A stretch of DNA of 64,000 nt from an uncultured Actinomycetes bacterium. Lineage in GTDB: Bacteria > Actinomycetota > Actinomycetes > Streptosporangiales > Streptosporangiaceae. How positions within the stretch are numbered: position 1 is the first letter of the stretch; each line of letters opens with the position of its first letter. The stretch lies in contig CAVVTM010000035.1 of the NCBI GenBank assembly GCA_963751175.1, positions 25,035 through 89,034 on the forward strand. Reading direction: 5' to 3'. Positions 1 through 9,349 of this stretch are shown piece by piece. The notes below the pieces were generated by a model. The model saw nothing but the letters and a program-made list of their open reading frames with translations. It did no database searches and was not told the DNA's origin. The position numbers were made by a program, and so were the translations under genes.

Positions 1-83
1 TCGAGCCGGTCGCGTCCTCGGACGCCGACATCCCGGTCAACGGCAACGGCCACGGCCACGGCTGGCCGCGGCCGAGCAGTCCG

Positions 84-752
84 GTGGGGTCGGGGCGGAC
101 CGCGGATCCGATTCCCCGGGAAGCAGCTGAGCCGGGTGGGCATGACGGCGCATCGAGGCGCCGCAGCCACCGCACCGGCCGCCGGGTCACGCCACCGGCG
201 GCAGGTGAGCCCCTGCTCGGCATCGGCGCCGCCGCGGCCCGGGCCGGCGTGTCCGAGCGGGCGTTGCGCTACTACCAGCAGCTGGGCCTGCTCGTCCCGG
301 CCTGCACCACGCCGGGCGGGCTGCGCCGGTACTCCGGGGAGGACCTGGCCCGGGTGGCCCGCATCCGCGAGCTGCAGACCCTGCTCGGCCTCAACCTGGA
401 CGAGATCGCGGTCGTGCTGCGCAACGAGGACCGGCTCGCGGCGATCCGGCTCAGCTATCACGACGAGCGGACCAGCGACGACGAGCGCCGCAGGCTGACC
501 CGCGAGTGCCTGACCCTGCAGGAAAGCCTGCGGGCCACCGTCGAGGCCAAGCGGGCCGCGCTGGAGAGTTTCCTGGCCGACCTGGACGCCCGCATCCAGA
601 AGTGCCGCGACCTGCTGGCCAGCGACCCGGGACCGGATGCTGGCCAGCAGGACGAGGATAAGCCCGCGTTAGCCGCCGGCGATCGCCCGCAGCACCGGGA
701 GGCCCGCCCCGGCCGCGAAGATCGGGACCAGCCACAGGGCGCGCGCCACTAA
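84..752 (+). CDS. MerR family transcriptional regulator
   Basis: Translation contains the MerR-type HTH 'LLGIGAAAARAGVSERALRYYQQLGLL...GGLRRYSGEDLARVARIRELQ', followed by a coiled-coil-like region. GTG84 is the only in-frame canonical start, and the frame is open back to the window edge, so the start is uncertain. Confidence 0.8.
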   Translation: MGSGRTADPIPREAAEPGGHDGASRRRSHRTGRRVTPPAAGEPLLGIGAAAARAGVSERALRYYQQLGLLVPACTTPGGLRRYSGEDLARVARIRELQTLLGLNLDEIAVVLRNEDRLAAIRLSYHDERTSDDERRRLTRECLTLQESLRATVEAKRAALESFLADLDARIQKCRDLLASDPGPDAGQQDEDKPALAAGDRPQHREARPGREDRDQPQGARH

Positions 753-818
753 GGTGCCGGGCCGGGGACCGCGACGTCCGGCAGGCATTCGCGGCCCGCT
801 AGTGAGATAGACCCGACC

Positions 819-2591
819 ATGATCATGGGCTCAGGGAGGGGTGGGGGGAGGATAAGGGGGCGGAGGGCCCGCGCGGACGGGGGTAGGCCAGTGAGGTCGG
901 TGGCCCGGTGGGTGCGGCCGCGGGAGTGGCCGGTGCTGCAGGGGCTGCTCCCGCTCCGCCGGGCCGAGGTGCCGGGGGACGTGCTCGCCGGGGTCACGCT
1001 GGCCGCGCTGGGCATCCCCGAGGTGCTCGGCTACGCCCGGATCGCCGGGATGCCGGTGGTCACCGGCTTGTACACGCTGCTGCTCCCGATGGTCATGTTC
1101 GCCGTGCTCGGGGCCTCACGCCTCCTGGTCGTCGCGGCGGACTCCGCGACCGCGGCCATCCTGGCCGCCGCGCTGATCCGGCTGGCCGATCCCGGCTCGG
1201 CGCCCTACGTCCGGCTGGCCGGGCTCGCGGCCCTGATCACCGGCGTCCTGCTGCTGCTGGCCCGGCTGGCCCGGCTGGGTTTCCTGGCCAACTTCCTGTC
1301 CCGCACGGTGCTGCTCGGCTTCCTGTCGGGCGTCGGGATCCAGGTCGCGATCGGGCAGCTGCCGGACATGCTCGGGGTCAGCGCGCCCAGCCCGCACACG
1401 GTGATCAAGCTGGTGCAGACCGCCGAGGCGCTGCCACAGGCCCAGGCCGTCACTGTCGCCCTCTCGCTGAGCGTGATGGCGGTGATGATGGCCGCCCGCC
1501 GGATCAACCGCCGGATCCCGGGCGCGCTGATCGCCGTGGTGGGCGCGATCATCGCCAGCAAGGCCGCCGACCTGGCCGCCCACGGGGTCAGCGTGCTCGG
1601 CTACGTCCCCCGCGGGCTGCCCGCCTTCGGGCTGCCCGCCTTCGGGGTGCACGACACCCTCGCGCTGCTGGGCACCTCAGCGTCGATTTTCATCGTCATC
1701 CTGGCGCAGAGCGCGGCCACCGCCCGCGCGTACGCGGCCAAGTACGGCGAGCCGTTCCGCACGGACACCGACCTGACCGGGCTGGGGGCGGGCAACATCG
1801 CCGCCGCGTTCACCGGCACATTCGTGGTGAACGGGAGCCCGACGAAGACCCAGATCGTGGACAGCGCGGGCGGCCGCAGCCAGCTCGCCTCGCTCACCAC
1901 CAGCGCGCTGACGCTCGTGGTGCTGCTCGTCGCCACCGGGCCGCTCAGCTACCTGCCGGACGCCGCGCTGGCCGCGGTGGTGTTCCTGATCGGCGCTGAG
2001 CTGGTGGACGTCCGCGGCATCCGGAGGTTGCGGCAGGTCCGCCCGGGCGAGTTCGCGGTCGCCGTGATCACTGCCGCGGCCGTGGTGGGGCTGAGCGTCC
2101 AGGACGGGATCGTGGTGGCCGTGATCGCGTCGATCATCGACCACCTGCGGCACAGCTACCGGCCGCGCAACAGCGTGCTGGTGAAGTCGGCGGCCGGGCA
2201 CTGGCTGGCCACCCCGGTGACGCCGGGCGCGCGGACCGAGCCGGGGCTGGTCATCTACCGGTTCGGCACCAGCCTGTATTTCGCGAACGGGTCCCGGCTG
2301 CTGGAAGACCTCATCGCGATCAGCGCCCAGGGGGGACCGCTCCGCTGGTTCGTACTCGACGGCGCGGCCATCGGCGACGTGGACTACACCGCCTCCGCGA
2401 TTCTCAGCGGCACCATCGCCCAGCTGCACCAGCGGCACATCCAGTTCGTGATGACCAGCCTGCTGATCCCGGTGCGCCACCAGCTCGAGCACTACGGGAT
2501 CAGCGGCGCCGCGGGCCCGGATGCGTACTTCGAAACGGCGGGCGAGGCCCTCGAGGCGTTCCAGGCCCAGCAGCGCGGCGACCCGGCCTAG
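819..2591 (+). CDS. SulP family anion transporter with C-terminal STAS domain
   Basis: 590-aa ORF. It carries the SulP signature region 'DVLAGVTLAALGIPEVLGYARIAGMPVVTGLYT', many TM segments, and a STAS-like tail 'VIYRFGTSLYFANGSRL...WFVLDGAAIGDVDYTA'. The start is probably downstream of 819. Confidence 0.85.
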   Translation: MIMGSGRGGGRIRGRRARADGGRPVRSVARWVRPREWPVLQGLLPLRRAEVPGDVLAGVTLAALGIPEVLGYARIAGMPVVTGLYTLLLPMVMFAVLGASRLLVVAADSATAAILAAALIRLADPGSAPYVRLAGLAALITGVLLLLARLARLGFLANFLSRTVLLGFLSGVGIQVAIGQLPDMLGVSAPSPHTVIKLVQTAEALPQAQAVTVALSLSVMAVMMAARRINRRIPGALIAVVGAIIASKAADLAAHGVSVLGYVPRGLPAFGLPAFGVHDTLALLGTSASIFIVILAQSAATARAYAAKYGEPFRTDTDLTGLGAGNIAAAFTGTFVVNGSPTKTQIVDSAGGRSQLASLTTSALTLVVLLVATGPLSYLPDAALAAVVFLIGAELVDVRGIRRLRQVRPGEFAVAVITAAAVVGLSVQDGIVVAVIASIIDHLRHSYRPRNSVLVKSAAGHWLATPVTPGARTEPGLVIYRFGTSLYFANGSRLLEDLIAISAQGGPLRWFVLDGAAIGDVDYTASAILSGTIAQLHQRHIQFVMTSLLIPVRHQLEHYGISGAAGPDAYFETAGEALEAFQAQQRGDPA

Positions 2592-3741
2592 CCACCGGCG
2601 TGGCTGATGATCTGCCCTGCCGCGCTGCCGAACTCGATCCGCGAGCCATCCGGGCCGGGCGCCGACCCGGAGAGCGTGACCGTGTCGCCGTCGGCCAGGT
2701 AGCCGCGGGCCTGGCCGTCCGGCAGCGTGATCGGGTCCCGCCCTCCGGCCGTCATCTCCAGCAGCGAGCCCATCTCGTCGCGGCGGAAGCTGGACACGGT
2801 GCCCGAGCCGTACAGGTCGCCGGTGCGCAGCGCGGCGCCGTTCACGGTCAGGTGCGCGAGCTGCTGGGCCCCGGTCCAGTACATGGTGGCGAAGCGCGGC
2901 CGGGAGACGACCTGGCCGTTGATGCTCACCGTGAGGGCGATGTCCAGGCCCCAGTGCCGGCCGTCCCGCAGGTAGCCCAGGGGCTCGGGGTCCTGGGCCG
3001 GGGACGGCACCCGGGCCTGCCCCAGCGCGGCCAGCGGGATGACCCACGGCGAGATCGTGGTGGCGAAGGACTTGCTCAGGAACGGCCCCAGCGGCCGGGA
3101 CTCGAACGCCTGGATGTCCCGCGCGCTCCAGTCGATCAGCAGCACCACGCCGAACACGTGCTCCGCGAACGCCCCGGCCGGCACGGGCTGGCCCGGCGCC
3201 GACCCCGCACCGACCACGAAGCCGATCTCCGCCTCGAAGTCCAGCCGGCGGGTGGGGGCCAGCTCGGGCCGGGCGTGGCCGGGGCGAGCTGGCCGGCCGG
3301 GCGCGGCACGGGCGTGCCGCTGACCACCACGGTGCCGGCCCGGCCGTGGTAGCCGACCGGCATCTCGCGCCAGTTGCGGTGCAGCTGCGGATCGCCGGGC
3401 CGCAGGACCTGCGCGGCGTTGGTCGCGTGCTCGAGCGAGGAGTAGAAGTCGGCGAAGTCCGCCACCTCGAACGGGAGGTGCAGGGTGGCCTCGGCGATCG
3501 GCACGAGCTCGCTGACCTGGCCGCCGCGGACGGACCCGAGCAGCCGTTCCCGGGTGCGCTGCCAGGCCCGCGGCCCGCGGCTCATGAACGCGTTGAGGGA
3601 GGGCCCGGCGAAGATCGGGTCGCCGAACATCCGGTGCAGGTTGACGATGTACGTGCCGAGGCCAGCCCCCACCCGGGGGCTGTCCGGGCCGCGGGAGAAC
3701 ACGCAGTACGGCAGGGCGTGCTCGGTGAAAGTCAGCGTCAA
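2588..3741 (-). pseudogene. fahA: fumarylacetoacetase, split by an apparent 1-nt deletion near 3275-3292
   Basis: The N-terminal half is in ORF 3136..3741 ('...HLPFEVADFADFYSS...MPVGYHGRAGTVVVSGTPVPRPAGQL'). The C-terminal half is in ORF 2588..3781 ('RRLDFEAEIGFVVGAGS...IDWSARDIQAFESRPLGPFLSKSF...'). The two frames join around 'cagctcgccccggccac'. The TTG start overlaps the gntR stop (TTGA). Confidence 0.8.
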
Positions 3742-4523
3742 GGAATGTCCAGGGAGATCGCGAATGTGAAGCGGTCGCCACGGTAGTGGATCCGGGCCAC
3801 GTCCACCGGGGTAGTTCCCGCCGCGTAGGTCACGTTTTCGGAAACCAGCACGGGGCTCAGCGCATCGATCTGCAGCAGCGCCGCCACCTCGGCCGGCGCG
3901 GAACGGGCCGAGACCTCGTTGTCGATCCTGGTGAGGGGCAGCGACAGCTCGTCGCGCAGGATCCTGGTGACCGGGTCACGGGCCAGCGCCGCGTCGCTGA
4001 CCCGGGCCGCGTGCTCGGGGCGCAGGTAGTTCTCGGCGTAGCTGACCGGCACGCCGTCGTCGAGGCGCAGCCGCCGGATCAGCACGGCCTCCCCCGCCGG
4101 GCCGAGCTGGGCCGGCACCTCGCCGGGCGGTACCCGGGTCCGGCCGAGGACGCGCACCTCACCGCTGGACTGCTGGGCCATGACGGCGTCCGCCGAGCCC
4201 AGCACGCGCAGCGCCCGGGTCCGCAGCGCGCCGGCGTTGACGAAGGTGCCGCGCCGGCGGTGCCTGGTGATCAGGCCCTCGGCGGCCAGGGAGCCCAGGG
4301 CCTGGCGCACGGTGGCCAGGCTCACCCCGTAGTGCCGGGCGAGCTGCGCCTCGGTCGGCAGCCGGAGCACGCCGTCCCGGTCGAAGCCCAGGATGGCGGC
4401 GCGCAGGCTCTGGGCCAGCTGGTACCACAGCGGGAGCAGCCCGGTGAACCGCGGCGGCGTCACCGTGAGCAGCGTGCGGCCCGCGGCCTGCGGGACGGAG
4501 GGCTCCCGGACGGCCTCTGTCAC
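3738..4523 (-). CDS. GntR/HutC-family transcriptional regulator
   Basis: Winged-HTH 'LPTEAQLARHYGVSLATVRQALGSLAAEGLITRHRRRGTFV' plus a UTRA-like C-terminal domain. It sits between hmgA and fahA on the same strand. Confidence 0.8.
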   Translation of the reverse strand: MTEAVREPSVPQAAGRTLLTVTPPRFTGLLPLWYQLAQSLRAAILGFDRDGVLRLPTEAQLARHYGVSLATVRQALGSLAAEGLITRHRRRGTFVNAGALRTRALRVLGSADAVMAQQSSGEVRVLGRTRVPPGEVPAQLGPAGEAVLIRRLRLDDGVPVSYAENYLRPEHAARVSDAALARDPVTRILRDELSLPLTRIDNEVSARSAPAEVAALLQIDALSPVLVSENVTYAAGTTPVDVARIHYRGDRFTFAISLDIP

Positions 4524-4548
4524 CGGGTGACCCTCACCGGGTGCTCCG

Positions 4549-5868
4549 TCACCGGGGTACGGCAGGCGCCGCGAACGAGGGGGTCAGCCCGGCCCAGACC
4601 GAGTCATAGTCGGGCTGGCGGTGCGCCGCCTCCATGGCCTGGCGGGTCGGGATGATCATCCAGCGGCTCTCGAACATGAATGCCAGCGTGTCGGCGACCT
4701 TCTGCGGGGCCAGGTCGGCGCGGCTGGCCAGGGCGAACGTCTCGGCGTCCGGGCCGTGCGAGGTGAACGTGTTGTGCAGGCTGGCCCCGCCGGGCAGGAA
4801 CCCCTCGGCCTTGGCGTCGTAGGCACCCCGGACCAGGCCCATGAACTCAGACATCACGTTGCGGTGGAACCAGGGCGGCCGGAACGTGTCCTCGCCGACC
4901 AGCCAGCGGGGCGGGAAGATGACGAAGTCCACGTTGGCCAGGCCCGGCGTCTGCGACGGCGAGGTGAGCACGGTGTAGATCGAGGGGTCAGGGTGGTCGA
5001 AACTGACCGTGCCCAGCACCATGAAGTTCGCAGTGTCGTACTTGACCGGCACGTAGCTGCCGTGCCAGGCCACGACGTCCAGCGGCGAGTGGTCGTAGCC
5101 GGCCGCCCACAGGTTGCCGCCGAACTTCTGCACCACCTCCACGGGGCCGCCGCGCTCCTCGTAGGCGGCCATGGGCGCCAGGAAATCGCGCTCGTTCGCC
5201 AGCCCGTTGGCGCCGATCGGGCCGCGCTCCGGCAGGGTGAACGGGGCACCGAAGTTCTCGCACAGGTACCCACGGGCCGGGCCGGCGGGCAGGTCCACCC
5301 GGAACCGGATGCCCCGGGGAACCACGGCGATCTCGCCGGGGCCCAGCTGCAGCGGGCCCAGCTCCGTGTGCAGCACGAGGGTGCCCTGCTGCGGCACGAA
5401 TAGCAGTTCCCCGTCCGAGTCCACGAAATAGCGGGCGGTCATTGGCGCGGTGGCGGCGTACAGGTGCACGGCCATCCCGCTGCGGGTCCGCAGGTCGCCG
5501 TTGCCGCCCACGGTGTACAGGCCGTTCACGAAATCGACCGGGTCGGCCGGCAGCGGCAGCGGGTCCCAGCGCAGCCGGTTGGGATCCGGCTCGATCTCGT
5601 CGAACGGCGTGCCGCGCAGTGACCCGTTCCCGATCCGGTCGAAGCGCGGGTGGGCCGCGGACGGCATGATCCGGTAGACCCAGGTCCGCCGGTTGACCGC
5701 GCGCGGCTCGGTGAAGGCGGTCCCGCTCAGCTGCTCCGCGTACAGGCCCAGCGGGGCGCGCTGCGGCGAGTTGCGGCCCTCAGGCAGCGCGCCCGGGACC
5801 GCCTCGCTGACGAACTCGTTCCCGAAACCAGGCTGATAGTGATGGCCGTCCGCCCGCGTCTCCGCCAT
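4549..5868 (-). CDS. hmgA: homogentisate 1,2-dioxygenase
   Basis: 439-aa ORF. '[47 protein letters not shown]' and the rest are typical full-length HmgA. A GGGAG RBS lies upstream. Confidence 0.95.
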   Translation of the reverse strand: MAETRADGHHYQPGFGNEFVSEAVPGALPEGRNSPQRAPLGLYAEQLSGTAFTEPRAVNRRTWVYRIMPSAAHPRFDRIGNGSLRGTPFDEIEPDPNRLRWDPLPLPADPVDFVNGLYTVGGNGDLRTRSGMAVHLYAATAPMTARYFVDSDGELLFVPQQGTLVLHTELGPLQLGPGEIAVVPRGIRFRVDLPAGPARGYLCENFGAPFTLPERGPIGANGLANERDFLAPMAAYEERGGPVEVVQKFGGNLWAAGYDHSPLDVVAWHGSYVPVKYDTANFMVLGTVSFDHPDPSIYTVLTSPSQTPGLANVDFVIFPPRWLVGEDTFRPPWFHRNVMSEFMGLVRGAYDAKAEGFLPGGASLHNTFTSHGPDAETFALASRADLAPQKVADTLAFMFESRWMIIPTRQAMEAAHRQPDYDSVWAGLTPSFAAPAVPR

Positions 5869-5885
5869 GGCTGCTCCCGGTATCC

Positions 5886-5908
5886 TCTGATTCCTCTGTT
5901 TAATCAGA
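5886..5908. promoter_or_regulatory. inverted repeat TCTGATT-N9-AATCAGA just upstream of hmgA (candidate operator)
   Basis: Read directly. Arms are at 5886-5892 and 5902-5908, in a locally AT-richer stretch 18 nt upstream of the hmgA start codon. Confidence 0.3.
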
Positions 5909-5988
5909 TCATTTGAGCGGGCAGGGGGTCAACCTGCGGGAAGCGGCGCGGGCTGCCTGGCGGGCGGGACGGGGGACGGGCGGGCGGC

Positions 5989-8900
5989 TCAGCCAGCCGC
6001 GAGCGGCACGCTCAGTAACCGGCGGGACCCGGGCAGCTGCGGCACCAGGCCGTGGCCGACCCGCAGCAGCGCCTCGGCCTCGTCCGCGGGCATCGGGGCG
6101 GCCAGCAGGTAGCCCTGCCCGTAACGGCAGCCCATCGAGACCAGCATGTCCCGCTGCACCTCACTCTCGATCCCCTCGGCGATCACGGTCAGCTCCAGCG
6201 TCTTGGCGATCCGGATGATTACTTCCACGAGCGCCAGGCGCTGGGTGGACATGGCGATCCCGTCCACGAAGGACTTGTCCACCTTGAGCAGGTCGATCGG
6301 CAGCTCGCGCAGGTAGCTCAGGGACGAGTAACCAGTGCCGAAATCGTCGATGGCCAGCCGCACCCCCATCCCCATCAGCTCATCCAGGTCCGCCCGGAGC
6401 CGCTGGTCCGGGCGGAGCAGGCCGCTCTCGGTCAGCTCCAGTACCAGGGACGAGGGGGCCACACCAGATTCGGTCAGCCGCCGCCGGACCCCCCGGACGA
6501 AGCCAGGGTCCCGCAGCTGGCGGGCGGCCACGTTCACGCTCATGTACACCAAAGGATGGCCCTGGACACGCTGCTGCCACCGGGCCAGGTCGGCCGTGGC
6601 CTGCTGGAGAACCCAGGCGCCGAGCGGGACGATGTGGCCGGTCTCCTCGGCCAGGGCGATGAACTGGTCCGGCTGCACCATGCCCCACTCCGCGTGCGGC
6701 CAGCGCAGCAGCGCCTCGAACCCGGCCACCGCACCGGTGCTGAGCTCCACGATCGGCTGGTAGACGAGGGTGAAGGCCGACTCCGCCACCGCGCTGTCCA
6801 GGGCCGCCTGCAGGTCGCGGCGCCGCATCATGCCGGCGCTGAGCACCGGCTGGTAACGGCGCCATTGCCGCTTGCCTGCGGCCTTGGCCGCGTACAGCGC
6901 GAGGTCCGCCTGCCGGACCAGGTCACTGGTGCTGGTGGCGTCCTCGCTGGTGGCGACGCCCACGGTGGCGGTGGCGATCGCCGAGCCGATGGCGAGCGTG
7001 AACGGCTCCTGGAAGGCCAGGACGATGGCCTCGGCCACGTTCTCCACCGCGGCGCCATCCGGCGCGTCCTCGATGAGCAGCCCGAACTCGTCCCCGCCCA
7101 GCCGGGCCGCGGTGCCGCGGCCCGTGGTGAGTGCCGACAGCCGCATCCCGGCCGCGACCAGCAGCTCGTCACCGACGCCGTGCCCCATGGTGTCGTTGAT
7201 CACCTTGAAGTCGTCCAGGTCGGTGAAGAGCACGCCGACGATCGCGTCCGTGCGCCGGGCGCGCGCCATCGCGCGGACCACCCGCTCCTGGAACAGCATC
7301 CGGTTGGGCAGCCCCGTGAGCGAGTCGTGGAGGGCCCGGTACTTGAGCTCCCGCTCGAGCTGGCGCTGCTCGGTGACGTCCCGGAGGGTGAGCACCAGGC
7401 CGCCGACGGTGGGCTCGTGCCGCAGGTCGCTGCACCTGACCTCCACCTCGACGTACGAGCCGTCGCGGGCCGTGATCCGCCAGTCCTCGTCGACGTCCTG
7501 GTCCTGGCCGGCCCGCATCTCGGCCAGGGCCCGGGCGATTTCCTCCCGCTCGTCGGGCTGGACGAGGTCCCACAGGTACTCCCCGTCCACCGGGACATCG
7601 CCGAAGATGCTCCGGGCCGACGGCGTGGCGTACTGGATCCTGCTGGAGTCGTCCACGATCAGGATGACGTCGGACGTGTCGTGAACCAGGGTCCGGAAGT
7701 ATGATTCGCTGTTGCGCCGGGTCACCTCACGGCTCAGCACGACCCGCTCGACCACCAGAGCCGCCTGCCGGGCCAGCACCTCGAAGGTCCCGGCCAGCTC
7801 GGCCAGGTCCCGGCGGGCCCCGGATACGGCGAGCACCCCGATCAGCGGATCACCGGCCGGCCTGTCCTGCAGGGCCAGCGGGCACAGCAGGACGCTCGGC
7901 TGTCCCCCGTCCGTGCCGTCCAGCAGGTGCGGCCCGGGCCCGGTCAGCAGCGACAGCCAGCTCTCCGCCTGGACGGCGGGCAGCTCCGTGGCGACGGCTG
8001 GCTCGTCCGGCGGGGCGCCCACCACCCGCAGCGTGCCGCCCTCCCGGACGGCGAGCACGACCGGCCCGCGCTGGCGGTTTTCCATCAGCGAGGCCACCCC
8101 GGACCGGACGGCGCTGGCGGCCTGCTCGACGGTGGCCGCCGCGGCCAGGGCCGCCCCGGCCACCCGCAGGATCCGGGCCCGCGCCAGGGTCCGGCGGAGC
8201 GCGGCGGCCACGTCGGCGAGCCTCGACAGGACCAGGACGTACAGCAGCGCGGAACAGACCGCGATCACGCCGGCGTCCTGCACCCGGTGCTCGAGCGCCT
8301 CGGTCAGCAGCACCGCCGGGGCGATCAGTGAGGCCAGCATGATCAGGGTCAGCCGGATCACCGAGCTCGGGGCCAGCTGGCGGCCGGCCGGCTGGGTGAG
8401 TTCGGTCATGCTCGGGTGCAGGGCTGCCGCGCCCCAGGCCGCGTAGAACACGGCCCAGCCGAAGTCGGCGACGGTGCCGATGCGAAAGGACCCGTACAGC
8501 TGGATGGCGCCGAAGGCCACGTCCGAGGCGAGCAGCCCCAGGCTGCCCACGGTGAGCAGCTGCAGGGACCGGGCCCGCCAGGTGCCGGGGGCCAGCAGCC
8601 GGGCCAGCATGGCGAGCACCAGCACGTCACCCAGCGGGTACGCGATAGCGACCGCCTTCTGCTGCCAGGACAACGTGGTGTTGTTGACGTAGGGCAGGAT
8701 CAGGAACACCCACGACAGCAGGGCCAGGCCCACGGTCAGGGTCAGCGCGTCCAGCAGGCTGCGCCGGTCATGCCCGGCGGAGCGGCGCCTGATGAAGATC
8801 AGCAGCCCGATGGCATACAGGGGGTAGGAGGCCAGGTAGAACAGGTCCACGAAGGAAGGGAACGAGACGATCTCGTGCCGGACCTCGGTCAGGACCAGGA

Positions 8901-9126
8901 AGCTCTGCTGGCCCACGGCAAAGCTCAGGTTCGCCGCGGCCAGCAGCAGCCACGGGGCCCGGCTGGCGGGACGGTTGAGGACCACGCCGGCCACGATGGC
9001 GGCCACCCCGGACAGCGCCAGCAGTCCCCACACGCCGGCCCTGAGCCCGGGCAGCGCGTAGTAGGCCACGAGGAGCAGCGTCATCCAGGCGGCGTAGGCC
9101 GCCATGATCCCCCGTCGCCACGCCAA
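5989..9126 (-). CDS. membrane-anchored PAS-GGDEF-EAL protein (c-di-GMP turnover)
   Basis: About 8-10 N-terminal TM segments, a PAS-like segment, GGDEF 'RLGGDEFGLL', EAL 'FEALLRW' and 'DDFGTGYSSLSYL'. 1045 aa. Confidence 0.9.
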   Translation of the reverse strand: MAWRRGIMAAYAAWMTLLLVAYYALPGLRAGVWGLLALSGVAAIVAGVVLNRPASRAPWLLLAAANLSFAVGQQSFLVLTEVRHEIVSFPSFVDLFYLASYPLYAIGLLIFIRRRSAGHDRRSLLDALTLTVGLALLSWVFLILPYVNNTTLSWQQKAVAIAYPLGDVLVLAMLARLLAPGTWRARSLQLLTVGSLGLLASDVAFGAIQLYGSFRIGTVADFGWAVFYAAWGAAALHPSMTELTQPAGRQLAPSSVIRLTLIMLASLIAPAVLLTEALEHRVQDAGVIAVCSALLYVLVLSRLADVAAALRRTLARARILRVAGAALAAAATVEQAASAVRSGVASLMENRQRGPVVLAVREGGTLRVVGAPPDEPAVATELPAVQAESWLSLLTGPGPHLLDGTDGGQPSVLLCPLALQDRPAGDPLIGVLAVSGARRDLAELAGTFEVLARQAALVVERVVLSREVTRRNSESYFRTLVHDTSDVILIVDDSSRIQYATPSARSIFGDVPVDGEYLWDLVQPDEREEIARALAEMRAGQDQDVDEDWRITARDGSYVEVEVRCSDLRHEPTVGGLVLTLRDVTEQRQLERELKYRALHDSLTGLPNRMLFQERVVRAMARARRTDAIVGVLFTDLDDFKVINDTMGHGVGDELLVAAGMRLSALTTGRGTAARLGGDEFGLLIEDAPDGAAVENVAEAIVLAFQEPFTLAIGSAIATATVGVATSEDATSTSDLVRQADLALYAAKAAGKRQWRRYQPVLSAGMMRRRDLQAALDSAVAESAFTLVYQPIVELSTGAVAGFEALLRWPHAEWGMVQPDQFIALAEETGHIVPLGAWVLQQATADLARWQQRVQGHPLVYMSVNVAARQLRDPGFVRGVRRRLTESGVAPSSLVLELTESGLLRPDQRLRADLDELMGMGVRLAIDDFGTGYSSLSYLRELPIDLLKVDKSFVDGIAMSTQRLALVEVIIRIAKTLELTVIAEGIESEVQRDMLVSMGCRYGQGYLLAAPMPADEAEALLRVGHGLVPQLPGSRRLLSVPLAAG

Positions 9127-9349
9127 CGCCCATCACCCCCGCACGCCCAGGCCCCCGCCCGGGAATCTGCCCAGGCCTGAACCTCGGCGGAACAAGAACC
9201 TTTCCTGGCTGCTACCTCCCCCGGGGATGCGTGACATCTGCCACAGCAAGCTCAATTTGAACAATCTGTAACATCACTTTAGACAGAGCGTGTTCACCAG
9301 TCTTTACCCGCGTCAGCGATAATGTGCGCCCGACACGAGTTTCGGCCGG

